64,000 nucleotides of DNA from the human T2T-CHM13v2.0 reference genome, Homo sapiens. The notes under the pieces were generated by a model. That model made no database searches and was not told the DNA's origin. It saw only the letters and a list, made by a program, of their open reading frames with translations. Shown here in pieces: positions 14,871-29,779 of the stretch (position 1 is its first letter; every line of letters begins with the position of its first letter). The position numbers were made by a program, and so were the translations under genes. Location of the stretch: the NCBI RefSeq assembly GCF_009914755.1, contig NC_060926.1; one strand, given 5' to 3'.

Positions 14871-15645
14871 GTATATATTGTGATTTAATTTTAATTTTTC
14901 CTAGATATTCTCCCATTGCAGACTAAAATTTTGCTTTAACCAATGAGTTTATTAGAGATTTAATTTCTAAGAGTTGCTTTTGTTTTTGTTATATTTCTAC
15001 TAACAGATCTCAGAGTTCAACTCTTTTTTCTTCAGAAATGAGACTATTTTTCAAATCATTCCATAGTTATTCTAAAAAAGAGGTGTAACGTTCTGTTTTT
15101 GGGGTGTGGAATTTAACAGCTACAGGAAATATAAATTATGTCATTCAGGTCCTCTACATTCTTATTTTCTTAAAGATCGTTGCAGACTGATGTTTTAATT
15201 AAATCACGTTTTCTACTTTATTTCATTTTAAAATTTAAAATATAGCTTGTTGCATTCCTTGATAATTAAACAACTCATTCTGAAAGAAAACTACATACAT
15301 TCAAAGCTAGACAACTTTGTGAAAAATAAATGCCCAAAACAATTAAAAATTATGATTCATTCCATTTGTCATCAGAAACCGGCCCATATGAAACTAAAGG
15401 TGAGGTCTGGGGCAGCAGCCCTCCTCTTTTTAACTCAAATAAATTGTTCTGTTGACTTTTATATAGCTTATGTTAGATCCACCTAATTCTACTCCTGTGT
15501 TATTTCTCATGCCCTTACTAATACCTTCAATGAACTTAAGAACTTAGCATGTAAACTCTCTATATTATACCACAAAAAGTAAACAGTATTCAAATCATTT
15601 AGAAAACCAAGGCTCACAAAACTGGCTTAAATTCAGCAATGCCCA

Positions 15646-15960
<315 letters not shown>

Positions 15961-16094
15961 CAACAATGCCCACACTGATCTTACCTAAAATTATTTTAAA
16001 GTGTGATATTCTAAGGACTGTTTAAAAAATATATTTTAAAAATATAAAATATTGATACTTAACTGTCCCTTCTGCCTATCTGTTTAGCCCATGG

Positions 16095-16281
16095 GACTTA
16101 ATACATTTTCCATAAAGGAGAGTAAATATTTTCAGCTTCCTGGGCAATACTGTATGTCAAAAAAACAGGTACAGAAAATTCTCAAACAAACGAGCATGGT
16201 GGCTATACTTCAATCAAAATTTTATTTACAAAAACAGGCAGTGAGCCAGATTCAGCCCATGCGCTATAGTTTTCAACCCTG
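16095..16281 (+). mobile_element. MER58-like hAT-Charlie relic
   Basis: AGTAAATATTTTCAGCTT...TTTATTTACAAAAACAGGCAGTGAGCCAGATT...TAGTTTTCAACCCTG. Confidence 0.65.
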
Positions 16282-16694
16282 GCTAACAAGGAATAGACAA
16301 CCAGATGGTACCATGAAGTGACAATATGGGGCCTCCCAAAATGGAGCTCTATTTTATTATGTCCACTTATAAATTATTAATGCTCAAAAATGCTGCAAAG
16401 TAAATCTCCATAAAATAATGATGTCCAATCTGGAATAGCCAATTAGAACATCACAGTATTCAGAGGTAAAGGAGCCTTGGACGCCTCCTTTTAGCTCATT
16501 TTACCACCTCTCTAATTTAGCAAGCCTTAATCCTTCAACTTTAGTTTTTATTAAAAAGCATAATCTTTTTAAAACCTAGTAAAATTTATATCCACTATAA
16601 ATAAAATTTGTAGAACAGTATAGTAAAATGCATGACAAACTCTTTTAAATAGCACTAGAATGAGGTCATTTAGTAAATTATAGCCCAAAGATTT

Positions 16695-16698
<4 letters not shown>

Positions 16699-16766
<68 letters not shown>

Positions 16767-16790
16767 ACGCGCACACGTGCACACATGTGT
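16699..16790. repeat. Compound microsatellite (GA)18(GT)15 plus alternating purine-pyrimidine extension
   Basis: Read directly from sequence. Confidence 0.95.
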
Positions 16791-17480
16791 TCAGGAGCTT
16801 CTATAACAACATATGGGTATTCCTGAAAAAAAAACTCATGTCTCTGCAAAATTATCCACTAAAAATAACCGGGCTGATATGTTAAAAATAAGATGGGCCC
16901 AGAGCACACAAACCTATGTTATTTTGTAATGAGCATCCCAGCAAAATCACATCAATTTTAATAAAAAATTAAATCTCCCAATAAAATTTGCACCAATAAA
17001 TCCACTTGAGACTTATTTTTGTATTTTCTCCTTTTAAGTGTAACTTTTTAAAGGCATTTTTTAAAAAGCTTCAAAAAATTAAAAATATAATTATTCTTGG
17101 GTAGACTTTCCTGTTATCTTCTTCCTTTAGAAACAAAGGAGTAAATGGTTTTGAACTTGTTGAGACTGCTTTTGACAGTACAAGGTATGGTGGTTTTAGA
17201 AACCACTGGAATAGCTATTTCTTTCACTAAATTATTTCTGCCAGATTTTCAACTTTTTTTTTTTTTTGGTGTAATGTCTTCAAATATTACCAAACCTTCC
17301 TCTTTAATTGAAAGGTCTTTCCCCATTTTCAGTTTATACATTAGCACTGTGGGAAAAACTGCTTATGAACCAACACTACTTCCACGTTATATTGACATTA
17401 TTTCTCTATTTACCAAGTGTGTATGGGCCAATTCACATTAAAGAAACCAACACTGCAACAGAACAGACTATAATCAACTC

Positions 17481-17533
17481 TGGGTTATGTGCTTTCAAGA
17501 TCATTATGTGCTTTCAAGATCATTTGGGTTATG
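17481..17533. repeat. 19-bp tandem duplication TTATGTGCTTTCAAGATCA bracketed by TGGGTTATG
   Basis: Read directly from sequence. Confidence 0.85.
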
Positions 17534-17711
17534 AAGCCTCAAATGCCTCTGAGTGTTAACTTTTAGGCACATAGTATTGACTGTACCCTTCCACCTACAT
17601 TTGTACTGCTATTTAGTCAAATCCTTTACAGTAGTCCACAGAATTAAAAACCATCTCTAGTCCAGAGGACATCTAAAAGAGACCTAAACTTTATATCAAG
17701 AGCACAATATT

Positions 17712-18025
17712 GGGCCAGGTGTGGTGGCTCATGCCTGTAATCCCAGCACTTTGGAAGGTTGAAAGCAGGTGGATTGCTTGAGCTCAGGAGTTCAAACAGA
17801 CCAGCCTGGGCAACATGGTGAAACACTGTCTCCACAAAAAATACAAAAATTAGCAGGGTGTAGTGGTACACACCTGTATTCCTAGCTACTCGGGAAGCTG
17901 GGGTGGGGAAGATCACTCGAGCCTAGCAGGTCAAAGCTGCAGTGAGCTATGGTTGCACCACTGCACTCCAGCCTGGGCAATAGAGTGAGATCCTCTCTCA
18001 ACTACAAAAAAAAAAAAAAAAAGAA
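17712..18025 (+). mobile_element. Alu (J-like)
   Basis: Full dimer with poly-A tail. Confidence 0.88.
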
Positions 18026-18186
18026 AGCAAAATGCTGTCTCAATGTTAGGAAAAATGAGGAAAGTGGCTAGTTACAAGTAGCTAGTTAATTCCTATTATA
18101 GGTATTACACTGCCTGAATTTAATTTTTATGCTAGACATATTCACAGCTTATATGATATGCATATATATAATATACACACACATTA

Positions 18187-18254
18187 CCACTTATATTTGG
18201 TAATATATGCATGTATTACATAATATACATGCATATATTACCAAATATAAATGG
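18187..18254. repeat. Inverted repeat, 26-bp perfect stem with 8-nt loop
   Basis: 18191-18216 is the exact reverse complement of 18225-18250. Confidence 0.95.
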
Positions 18255-18609
18255 ATTGTGGGTTTAATTACAACTCTAAATTTGTTTGTGTATATGTGTA
18301 TACAGACACATTTTTATGCTTTTCTACTTTAAATACACAATTATAACATTATAGTTTTGTCTTCTAAAAATTAGATATTTTATTTCAAATGCTGGAAAAT
18401 CCATGTTTTAAAAGAGCCATTGATTTTCAATAATTAATGGTGGAAAGTTCACTTTAAACCACTTTAAATAAGTAACTCACTAATGTTCCCTGTAAAACGC
18501 ACTGTTTTTCTATTTCTATTACAAAAAGAAGCTTGATTCATCTGATCAATGTTCCTATCTTTAGTTACACTGAAACACTAGCCCAAATGATTCTATAATT
18601 TAAAGTAAA

Positions 18610-19290
18610 GCAGTATTTCTAAACAGCAAAAATACTGCCCCTAGGAAGCATTCTGGAAACATACACTGGGAAGCGGCAGTGCTATTCCCATTTAGCAGGT
18701 GTGGATTAGAGGTAAAGATGAGCAACATACAGAACAAAAAGACCCAACTGTCCCATGCCCCATGTATTTCAAACAGTCTTGGTAATATATGAAAACCTTA
18801 TGAAAAGCCCTGACAGTGTGGCAGTGACATAGGTGAAAAACGTGCTTGCAATTTCTCAGATTTGTTTTGCACAGTTCTTACATATTAAATTTTCCAAGAA
18901 TGCAACGACAAGCGATTATACTATTTTTTTGGCAGCTTTACCAAGAGTCAGGCACCGTTTTTAATGCCTATGATGAAAATGCTGCTTATGGCATTTAAGT
19001 CCATTGTTGTAACTGTCACATTCAGTGACTCCAAATACAGATGCACTATAATTTTGTGTCACTGTGTCCAAGCATTTACCTATTGAGATGTTATTTTTGT
19101 TATCAACTATTTTCCTTTTGTTTATCTTTGTAAAATGCTAAGACATTATATCAATATTTCTAAACTGTGTGTAGGCAGGTATTTTATTTCTTCATTTATT
19201 TGAAGATATTAAAAGAGCATAATAAAAATATTTATATGATATACATTATAGACAGGGAGCACTGCCTCTGATAGAGTTGAGAACCATTGT
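18610..19290. mobile_element. Old hAT-Charlie (MER20-like) relic
   Basis: Termini CAGTATTTCTAAAC...CTGCCCCTAGG and GTTGAGAACCATTG. Confidence 0.4.
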
Positions 19291-19664
19291 ACTAAGCTAC
19301 TCATTTCAAAAGATGTTAGGTTTGCCACCAACAAATATATGCAAGTCCCAACAGGGCACATAAATATAGGTAACAGTCTAGTCCCTGTCCTCAAAGAGGT
19401 CAGAGTCTCATAAAACAAAGTAATCTACCAGGTACTCTCCATAGATGTTTCCAACGAATACTTTTAGCAGGAGAATATAAGCTTTATAGGCCACACCATT
19501 TAAACCTGGCCCTGAAGGATGAAAAGCTGAGGAAAAAAAGCTTTCCAGTCAAAAGCAGAATACAGGCAAAGGCAGAGGCAGGAAATTTTAAAGCCCATAC
19601 AGTAACTGGCAAATGATATAAATTGCCCTGAACATGGAGATACATCAGAAAATATGGATGAAAG

Positions 19665-19737
19665 GATGTTCACCACTATGCAATTCATTCATGTAACCAA
19701 AAACTACTTGTACCCTGAAAGCTACTGAAATAAGCAA
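19665..19737 (+). mobile_element. L1MA-type extreme 3' end
   Basis: TTCACCACTATGCAATTCATTCATGTAACCAAAAACTACTTGTACCCTGAAAGCTACTGAAATAA. Confidence 0.6.
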
Positions 19738-19821
19738 AGTATATATATATACACACACACATAGAGGGTTTTTTTTTTTTGTTTTTTTTTTTAAGTGTAG
19801 GCTATGGTCAGACAGGGAAGG

Positions 19822-20135
19822 TTTTTTTTTGTTTGTTTGTTTGTTTTTTTTTTTGAGACAGATACTCACTCTGTCACCCAGGCTGAAGTGTAGTGGCATG
19901 ATCTCAGCTCACTGCAACCTCTGCCTCCTGGGTTCAAGAGATTCTCCTGCCTCAGCCACCTGAGTAGCTAGGACTACAGGTGCCTGCCACCATGCCTGGC
20001 TAATTTTTATATTTTTAGTAAAGATGGGATTTCACTATGTTGGCCAGGCTGGTCTCGAACTTCTGACCTCAAATGATCCTCCTGCCTCAGCTTCCCAAGT
20101 TGTGGGATTACAGGTATGAGCCACTGTGCCCGGCC
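19822..20135 (-). mobile_element. Alu
   Basis: Poly-T then reverse Alu ending CCCGGCC. Confidence 0.9.
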
Positions 20136-20871
20136 AAAATAAATGTCTGAAGACTTTAGAGATAGTATATGAGAAAAAGGGAGGAAAACACCACTATTAA
20201 TTTTCTAAAAAGGAGCCCTCTGCCTTCTTTTTCTCTCTGTATTACAAGAAAACAGCCTTCCAAATGTGATAAAAAAGCTTGCAGTTAGTATAAGAATCAT
20301 TTGTATATATATTTTTAAGTGACACTGAACACTTTTAAGAAGGCATTCCAAGACTGGGAAAGCTTTTTAAAAGTGGTTTGGAGTATCAGAAGAATGAAAG
20401 CAAATCCTCAGTGAGGGATATGAGACAATCTATGGCAGCTGACAATTTCTTATAGGTTTTCCAGTATGCTTATGATGTGACTTTGACTCAATTCCAAACT
20501 TGATTAAAATAAAGCATAGTGCAAAGGAAATTACTAATAGAAAACATATAAACTATTACTTTGTAGGCCCCCCCAAAAAATTTAACACGGGTACTACTAA
20601 GAATCAAATGTTTCTAACTTCCAACTACAGAAAAGTAGCCTCTGCTTCTCCTTAGACCAAGGCAACCATGCCATTGTTGAATACAGCACCATATTATCTT
20701 GCCTCCTGATCCCAAGGCCTGATGGGACAGACTAGTTTCAGCATTACCAATGCAGCAGGCACACATGTCTCCACAGCTAAAACTCCAGGCTGCCTAATTA
20801 GAGCAGTAAGATTTACTATTGCTGAAAAGAGCAAGTTACAAATTACCCAGCCGATTCTAGAATACTTACTT

Positions 20872-21172
<301 letters not shown>

Positions 21173-21559
21173 CAATTCTAGTATAAATACCTTTAAAAAG
21201 TGGCTCAAATTCAGTCATAAGAGGCATTAAATTATTTTTGCATCACATCATGTCTCCCCATAACATTCTCCTCCTCCCAAACAAGAAGCAGTTTGAACTT
21301 GCTTCTGACTGAACAAATGAGAGGACAAAAAAAGAGACAGGAAAGAAATAAGAATTAAAGAATATAAAAGGAAGGCACTCACACCGGTTAAACAGACGAA
21401 TGAAGAAAACACACGGGACCAGTGGCTAAGTTTCACTAAGTAGGCTTTAGGGAAACAAACTATCATAGAGATGCAAATAAGAATGCAAAATAACGTATAA
21501 ACATCCTATGACAGCTACATCTCAAGAATATTCTGTTTTTCCTTTTTCTAGATGCAAGG

Positions 21560-21855
21560 TAGGATGGTACTTGTCCAACCACTTGGAAGCACGTACTGCC
21601 ATGTGACTTGCTTCAGCCAAGGGAATGTGAACAGAAGTGAATCACTGCTGGGGGAAGTTTTGGAGATTCAAGAGTACAGTTCACCATATTCTCTTACTTG
21701 ACAACACAGCAAGGTATCTGAATATCTGAATGTGCAGGCATGGAGCAGAGCTTACCACTGACCTGGACAGACAACCTTTTTAGTGGCTAGATTATAACCA
21801 CTAATATCTAGGAGATGTTTTTTCCTGTAGTATTATCTAACCCACCTTGCTACAT
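21560..21855 (-). mobile_element. MLT1-like MaLR LTR relic
   Basis: GCCATGTGACTTGCTTCAGCCAAGGGAATGTGAACAGAAGTGA motif. Confidence 0.45.
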
Positions 21856-23561
21856 AGCCCATTTTAACTATGCCCTATTTCAACCCTTCCTTACTCCAAT
21901 CATGTTTTCATCATTTCAGTAAAAAAGAAAGTCACATTTCTGTGCCCAGAAATTCCAAGGAAACAAATATCCTTTTCTAACCCATACTAGTAATTGTTGA
22001 ACACCTACCACTTACCAGCAAATTAACACAATACATGCAACTTCGAAATAAAACCCAGACTGTGAAAGGAATTAATGAGACCACATGTCAAAGACAAATA
22101 TAGTTGACATATACCACACCTGCTTTGCAACTGTTGCTTCAGCCTCAGAGCCCAGATCAATGAGGTCATCTCTAGAAATGTTTCTCATCTGACTCTAGTA
22201 ACAACCTGTATCCCCATTCCCCCTACCGAGCTGGGTTGCTTTCTGGGTTCTTTCCCTGGTAGGAAAAGAAAAACCCTACCCTACCCTCATTTCTATAACT
22301 ACTATAGAGCACGGTGCTTACTAACGTGGTGTTCAACAGATGAATGAATATAATCTTATACTGATGTTGTATTAAGGCAGAACTCTAAAATGCCAAAAGA
22401 GGCATTATTAAAATAACACATGCATTATCTCCAGAATCAGAACAACAGTGGAATAATCAATCCTAGAAAAGGCTAAGAGTCAACACAACTTTAAAGAACT
22501 ACTAACGAATTTAAACTTGCCAGAACGTTAGCACACACATACTCTTTGCTCTTCTCTGCCTGTCCATCTTCCTCCATAAGGCACATACACAGTAGTTGGC
22601 AACTTCAGATTCACATCTTCCCATCTTTGTCACCAGAAAGAAAAAAGCTAAATCTTCCAACTTTTCTCATCTTGATCATGTGACCACACCAGGCTTATCA
22701 CTGTGCTCAGAAAGAGGGAGTACGTCGATTCCCCTAGCTTTCACCAAAGGTTAAGGAATAGCTAACAGGATCAGAGTAAAACTGTATTAGAACAGAGTAA
22801 CTACCCATCAAAACGCATGGGAAGCCATTCCACAAGACTACTGTTTTAAGGAGAGGTGCCGTGCACAACAAAAACCATGAAGAACATTATTTATTGCCAC
22901 CTCCATGAAAATGGTATAATCTTTTTAATAATTCAAAATGAAAGAGGGCTTGATCTAGCTTCAGAAGATGAGAGGCCTAAAAGTTAAGCCTTAAGGCACA
23001 GGGAAAGAAATAAACATGGTGTACAAAGAGATGGTGAGATCTGCCTGGATGGACATGACATGGTAGCAAGAAGCAGTAACGTAAGGACAGATGAACAGAG
23101 AGGAGGCAGCCAGACAGATACTGAGTCTGTAGTTCCCGGGGATCTCCAAAATGTTACAGTGCTTTGGGATCTGTATAAGATTTCTAAGACTGGAAAAGAG
23201 TATAAACTACATTGATGTGGAAACTTTTGAATGGATCTTGAAAGACTGGCAGAATTTCAGTAAGATAAGGTCTAGAATACAGAAGGCAAGCATTTTAAAA
23301 GGAAAATGGCATGATCAAAATTACTAAAGAAGGAAATTGCAAGGTATTTTAAGTAGTTAAGCATAGAGTAAAAACTATCAAGTTTTAGTCTCTGAAATCA
23401 GTAGATAGGAATTAAGTTTGGCATTTTATTTATTTATTTTTTTGCGGTATACTTCTTTCAAAAATCAAGAAAAGGAAAGTTAAGTTGATTGGTACACTGA
23501 CAGCTTGTCCTGAGTCCTTCTTGAGTGTGGCTTCATTATTTCACTAGAAAACATCCTAATC

Positions 23562-23925
23562 CGGCTAGACACGGTGGCTCACACCTGTAATCCTAGCACT
23601 ACGGGAGGCTGAGGGGGAGGATCACTTGAGCTCAGCCTGGCCAATGTGGTGGAACCCTGTGTCTACTAAAAATACAAAATTAGGCAGGCATGGTGGTGCA
23701 CACCTGCAGTCCCAGCTACTCGGGAGGCTGAGGCAAGAGGAGGCTGACGCAGGAGGATCACCTAAGCCTGAGAGACAGAGGTTGCAGTGAGTCAAGGTCA
23801 CACCACTGCACTTCAGCCTGGGCAACAGAGCAAGACACTGTCAAGAAAAGAAGAGAGGGGAGGAGAGGGGAGGGGAGGGGAGGGGACCGGAAAGGAAAGA
23901 AAAGAAGAAAGAAAAGAGAAGAGAT
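23562..23925 (+). mobile_element. Alu with purine-rich (GGGGA)n/(GAAA)n tail
   Basis: Alu body; TSD ATCCTAATCC. Confidence 0.85.
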
Positions 23926-23994
23926 CCTAATCCAAACATAAGTATGGTTTCTTCCCAATTTTCTTTGCAATATTAGAAAATTAAAAGACATTAG

Positions 23995-24398
23995 TAATAT
24001 GGTTTATATGTTTGTCCCATCCAAATCTCATGTTGAAATGTTGGAGATGGGGCCTGGTGGGAGGTGTTTGAATCACTGGGGTGGATGGATCCCTCATGAA
24101 TGGCTTAATGCCAATGCCCTTGGGGTGAATGAATTCTTGCTCTGAGTTCACTTGAGATCTGGTTGTTTACAAGTGTGTGCCTGCCACCCCTCCCCACCCC
24201 TTGCTCCCACTCTTGCCATGTGGTATGCTGGCTTTGCTTTCTGCCGTGATTTTAAGCTCCCTGAGGCCCTCACCAGGAGCAGATGCCAGCGCCACACTTT
24301 TTGTACAGCCCACAGAACCATAAGCCAATTAAACCTCTTTTCTTTATAAATTACCCAGTCTCAGGTATTCCTTTACAGCAATGCTGAAGCCTAATATA
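23995..24398 (+). mobile_element. MST (MSTB-like) MaLR solo LTR
   Basis: TATGGTTT...CCAAATCTCATGTTGAAATG...TAAATTACCCAGTCTCAGGTATTCCTTTA; near-TSD ATTAG/ATTTG. Confidence 0.8.
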
Positions 24399-24817
24399 AT
24401 TTGAAATTAGAAAATACAAAAACAAAATATTAATAAGGAAAATCAATAATCCTAGTATAATCAACTAGTAATTATATGCAAATGAAAGTAGTCTTATAGA
24501 AGACAATTTTCTAGAAGAGTAAATATTTGAAAACATACTCAACCCAGCAATTCCACTTGCAATAACCTAGCTAGTACTAACTAGTACTAGAGAAGTACTA
24601 GTACAAGTTCACGATGACAGTGAGAATGTTCAGGTATGGCATCATTTGCTATGGCAAAAACCTGAAACCAAATGATGAAAGGAGTGATTACATATATGCA
24701 TAATTGATATATCTACATAACGGAAAATTATAGAGACATTAAAACTGATAATATAGTTTTAATGACAGATATTGTAAAAAAAAGAAAAAAAAAAAAAAAA
24801 AAAGAAGCCTATATTAA

Positions 24818-25258
<441 letters not shown>

Positions 25259-28200
25259 CTATGAAACAGTTAATGAAGACAGCAAGTCACATTACGGTAT
25301 GTAAAATAATTCTATCCTTAAAAAGAAAGAAATGAACAAAAATACAAATACAAAGCTGTCAAAAATGTCCTCTTACTCTAAAATCTTCCTGTCTTTTAAG
25401 AGTCTGTTAAACTCTGCACCTTCTACAAACTCTTAAGTATCCCTATAAACTTACAGGACTTACAAGACTCAAGTCTACTTTCCTAACCAGTGTATGTCAT
25501 TTATCTTCTAATGGGTAACTCCTGTCTTGCCAACTGTTTTAAAGCTTCTTTGAGACTGACTTATACTTCTCCAAGCCAGCCTTTAAGGAATAGGACTGTA
25601 GTTTTTACACAATAAACTGGTAAGTATCAGCTAAACCAATTAAAAAGTCAGTTCTCCTGTACAGTGGTACAAAGGGAGATTAATAACAAATACAAAGAAA
25701 AAAATAATAGAAGGAGACTGCATCAAAAATTATTCTCAGCCAGACTCATTCTTTAAACCTACTTTTTCAATGTGACCTCATTACTAGAGAAACAGCAATA
25801 AAACAAGAATAAGGGTTTTCTTCTTTATCAAATTAGCAGAAAAATGCAAAATGGAGATAACGTGACTAGAACAATGAGAAAAAGCACTCTTTCCCCTGAT
25901 GGTGATAATGTGAACAGGAAGTAAAAAATTAATGCACAACAAAGTTATTCATAAAAAAGTCCCTTGGACCAAGCAGTTTCACTTCAGGGAATCTATCCTG
26001 AAGAGATACCTGAAATGTGAACATTTGGAGCATAAGCAAAAACAATTTCTCCTAAACCTACCTAACTATCCAAAAACTGAAAAAAGTAGCCATGGAAAAT
26101 ACTGTATACTCATTCAGTGAATAATGTGGCCACCATTTGTAAATGATTACCAAAAGATCACAATGACATGGGCAATGTTAATGTTAGGGTATTGAGAGAA
26201 AAGAGCAGGATACCAAACTGTACACACAGTGTGATCTGCCAAAGTGTACAGATAAAAAAAGTTAACACAGACTTTTCTCTGAATAGTTCTTATTTTCTTT
26301 TTGTACTTTTCTGCATCCCAATCCTTTGAAATAGTTTTTTTAAGTGAAAACACAACTCTATTTCTTTCTATATAACTAATGGGGGTTTAAAAAAATCTCT
26401 GCTCTAAAAATGTAAAGAAAAATAATAAATAGAAGGCTATATCCTATATTTCTCACAATTGAGTTTTTACTGAGTAATACATAATTATTAAAACTTTGCA
26501 GGCAAATTTTTTGATGGGGGTGAGAAGTAGGCAACTGTATACAAGCATTTCCTCTCATCATTCAAAAACTTCAGACAGATTCTAGTCAGATGTAAAAACG
26601 GGTCCATAACAAAGCTGAGGAAAAATTTATTCTTAGCATGGAGAAGGCAAAGGAAGAAAAACAGAGTTGGTAGACTTAATTATCTGATTTTAAAATGTTG
26701 TAGAAATTAAAATAAACCATAAAAAAAAAACAGAAAAAAAATTTGTCCATGTTAGTGAATCAACACCTTTCACATAAAGGGCCCTAATAAAAGAGTAAGT
26801 ATCTCCAAAATTAGACAAAAGACGCTAACAAACAGCTCAGAAAATAAATGAAAATGGCCCACGGAGCAAATTTTTCCACTCTATAGTAAACGAAGAAATG
26901 CTAACTTTAAACCAAGGAATTCTTTTTCCCCACAAACTTTTCTTTTTAAAAAGGGTATGCTCTATTGACTAGGATTTGGCAAAATGAGGACTCTCATGAA
27001 GTATTAGAAGTATTAAATTGGCCCAAGATTTCTGAAAGACAAAAGTCTTCAAAATATTCATACCCTTAGATTCTGTAAACCCATTTTCAAGAATTCGACT
27101 TGATAAAACCAGCTCACATTCAAATATGATAGGCATAAGCAATATTTTTTACAGCAAAAATCTGAGGAAAAAACCTAGAGGCCCAAATTTAAATCATGGG
27201 CTTTTATATTAAAGAAAATCATGGAGCCACTTTAAATTACCTCATGGAAGAATGTTACAGAATTCCAGAAAATACATCTAGTGATAACATCATCCCTATT
27301 ATTTGTATGTTGCAAGTATACATATATTGATCTCTGTGGAATTTTGAAAAAAACAAAAAGAAGCTACACGTATAGAAAAGACTGTAAGAACATAGACTAG
27401 AAATATTAACCATGGTTATCTCTGAGTGGTAGGATTAAAATTGTTTTCTTTAATTTTCCTGAAGCGTCCCAATTTTCTATTCTCAATATGCACTGTTTAT
27501 ATAGTTAAATCAACCTTGAAGACACTACCACTAAAGCAATCTTAAAGTTGCTATAAAATTAAATTCAATCCTACCACTGCCACTTGAGAAAAACAAGAAA
27601 AAGCACACGGTATAATAAAAACGCTACTGCATTGCCAAGAGGGAGGTGGTAGCCTACAAATACCTGTGCTAGAACTGGAAAAGGCTAGGTAGTATCCCTG
27701 AGAGCAAGTCAACAGAGAAGCAGTGGAAAGGAGTGATTTCCTATAGAAGAAAAAGAGAACAGAAAAGAGAGGAACAGGTCAGCTACAATCCAAAAAATTA
27801 GAGAGGAAAGGGGCTAAGAAAAATAATAGAAGAGGAATAAGATGCCTAGTTCAACTGTGGATAGTGATGAAGGATGGGTGAAAAGGAGAGCAGAGGTAAA
27901 ATTAAAAGGGATTAAATATATCCTCAGACTCTACTTTCATTTATCTTAAGAATGAATTTAAACTATTTTTAAAAAGAAACCATCTTGATTTGGGAGAAAG
28001 GCACAAGAGGTCACTGGAAGGAGGTTACACAAAGAAGACAGCTTAATGCAGAGGTTTAGAAAAAAACAGAGTGGGTCAAAAATGAATCCTAGCACAAATC
28101 CTAGGAGAGAAAAGTGCTACTTAAATTCAAAACTAAAGTTTATACCCTCTTCTAACACTCCCTCATCATACGGATCCAGTGGGCTGCAATGAAACACTCT

Positions 28201-28662
28201 GGCATAATGAAAAGGTACACTGACTTTACAGTCAAGAGGTCTGGAATCAAGTCCTGACTACACACTAGCTATACAAAGTTGAGCAAGCTTCCACATTTGT
28301 AAGAGAGATTACATATTTAATTTCTGAGTTTCAACTGAAAGAATGTGTAATAATTTTTTAAACTTAAAACACTCCATTAATGCTGTTGTGTAACTGCTAT
28401 TATTATCATTAGTTGAATCACTGTATCACTGTGAATACCTTTATGGGGCAAGTCAACCATTTTCAGGAAACGAAGGCTACAATGACAGCATTTTACTTAG
28501 GAAGGCTAAACGAGTCACATGAAGAGAATAAATATATAGCTGTAATTGTTCTCTCCCAATTAATCCCAATCCTCTCACTCCCAAAACTCCCTGGAAAGGT
28601 TTCTGAGAGTTTAGATAATTGCTAGAACAGTACACTCTATAGGGGTTTCAAAAGTCAATCTG

Positions 28663-28965
<303 letters not shown>

Positions 28966-29334
28966 TATATCAACCTGGGGGCTGATAAGAAGGCCTTCAA
29001 AGTTACTCCCAGTCTTGACATTTTATTATGAGCAAAAGAATCAAGCCAAGACGGCAAAATGATATTTAGAAGAGCCAGCATCTTCTCATCTCATTTGCAT
29101 TCTTAAAACTAATAAGATGTTTTGGCTAAAGCTCTAAATTTCTATGTCCTGATCACACTCTTCACAACTGAGCATATTATTGACTGGCTTAAACTACATG
29201 AACTACAACAAGATTTGTCATTCTACAAATCTAATCGAGTTCCATCTCTGTTACAACTTTGAGCTACTTAAACCAACACATCTTAATCGCTAGTATTAAC
29301 CACTTCCATTTATGTCCCACTACTTTGTTTATTA

Positions 29335-29679
<345 letters not shown>

Positions 29680-29693
29680 TAAAATACATGATA

Positions 29694-29774
29694 CTAGGTT
29701 GGTGCAAAAGTAATTGTGATTTTTGCTATTAAAAAAAACTGCAAAAATCACAATTACTTTTGCATCAAGTTAAA
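29694..29774. mobile_element. MADE1 (Hsmar1 mariner-derived MITE, ~80-bp palindrome)
   Basis: TAGGTTGGTGCAAAAGTAATTG...CAATTACTTTTGCATCAA terminal inverted repeats, flanked by TA. Confidence 0.9.
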
Positions 29775-29779
29775 TACAC

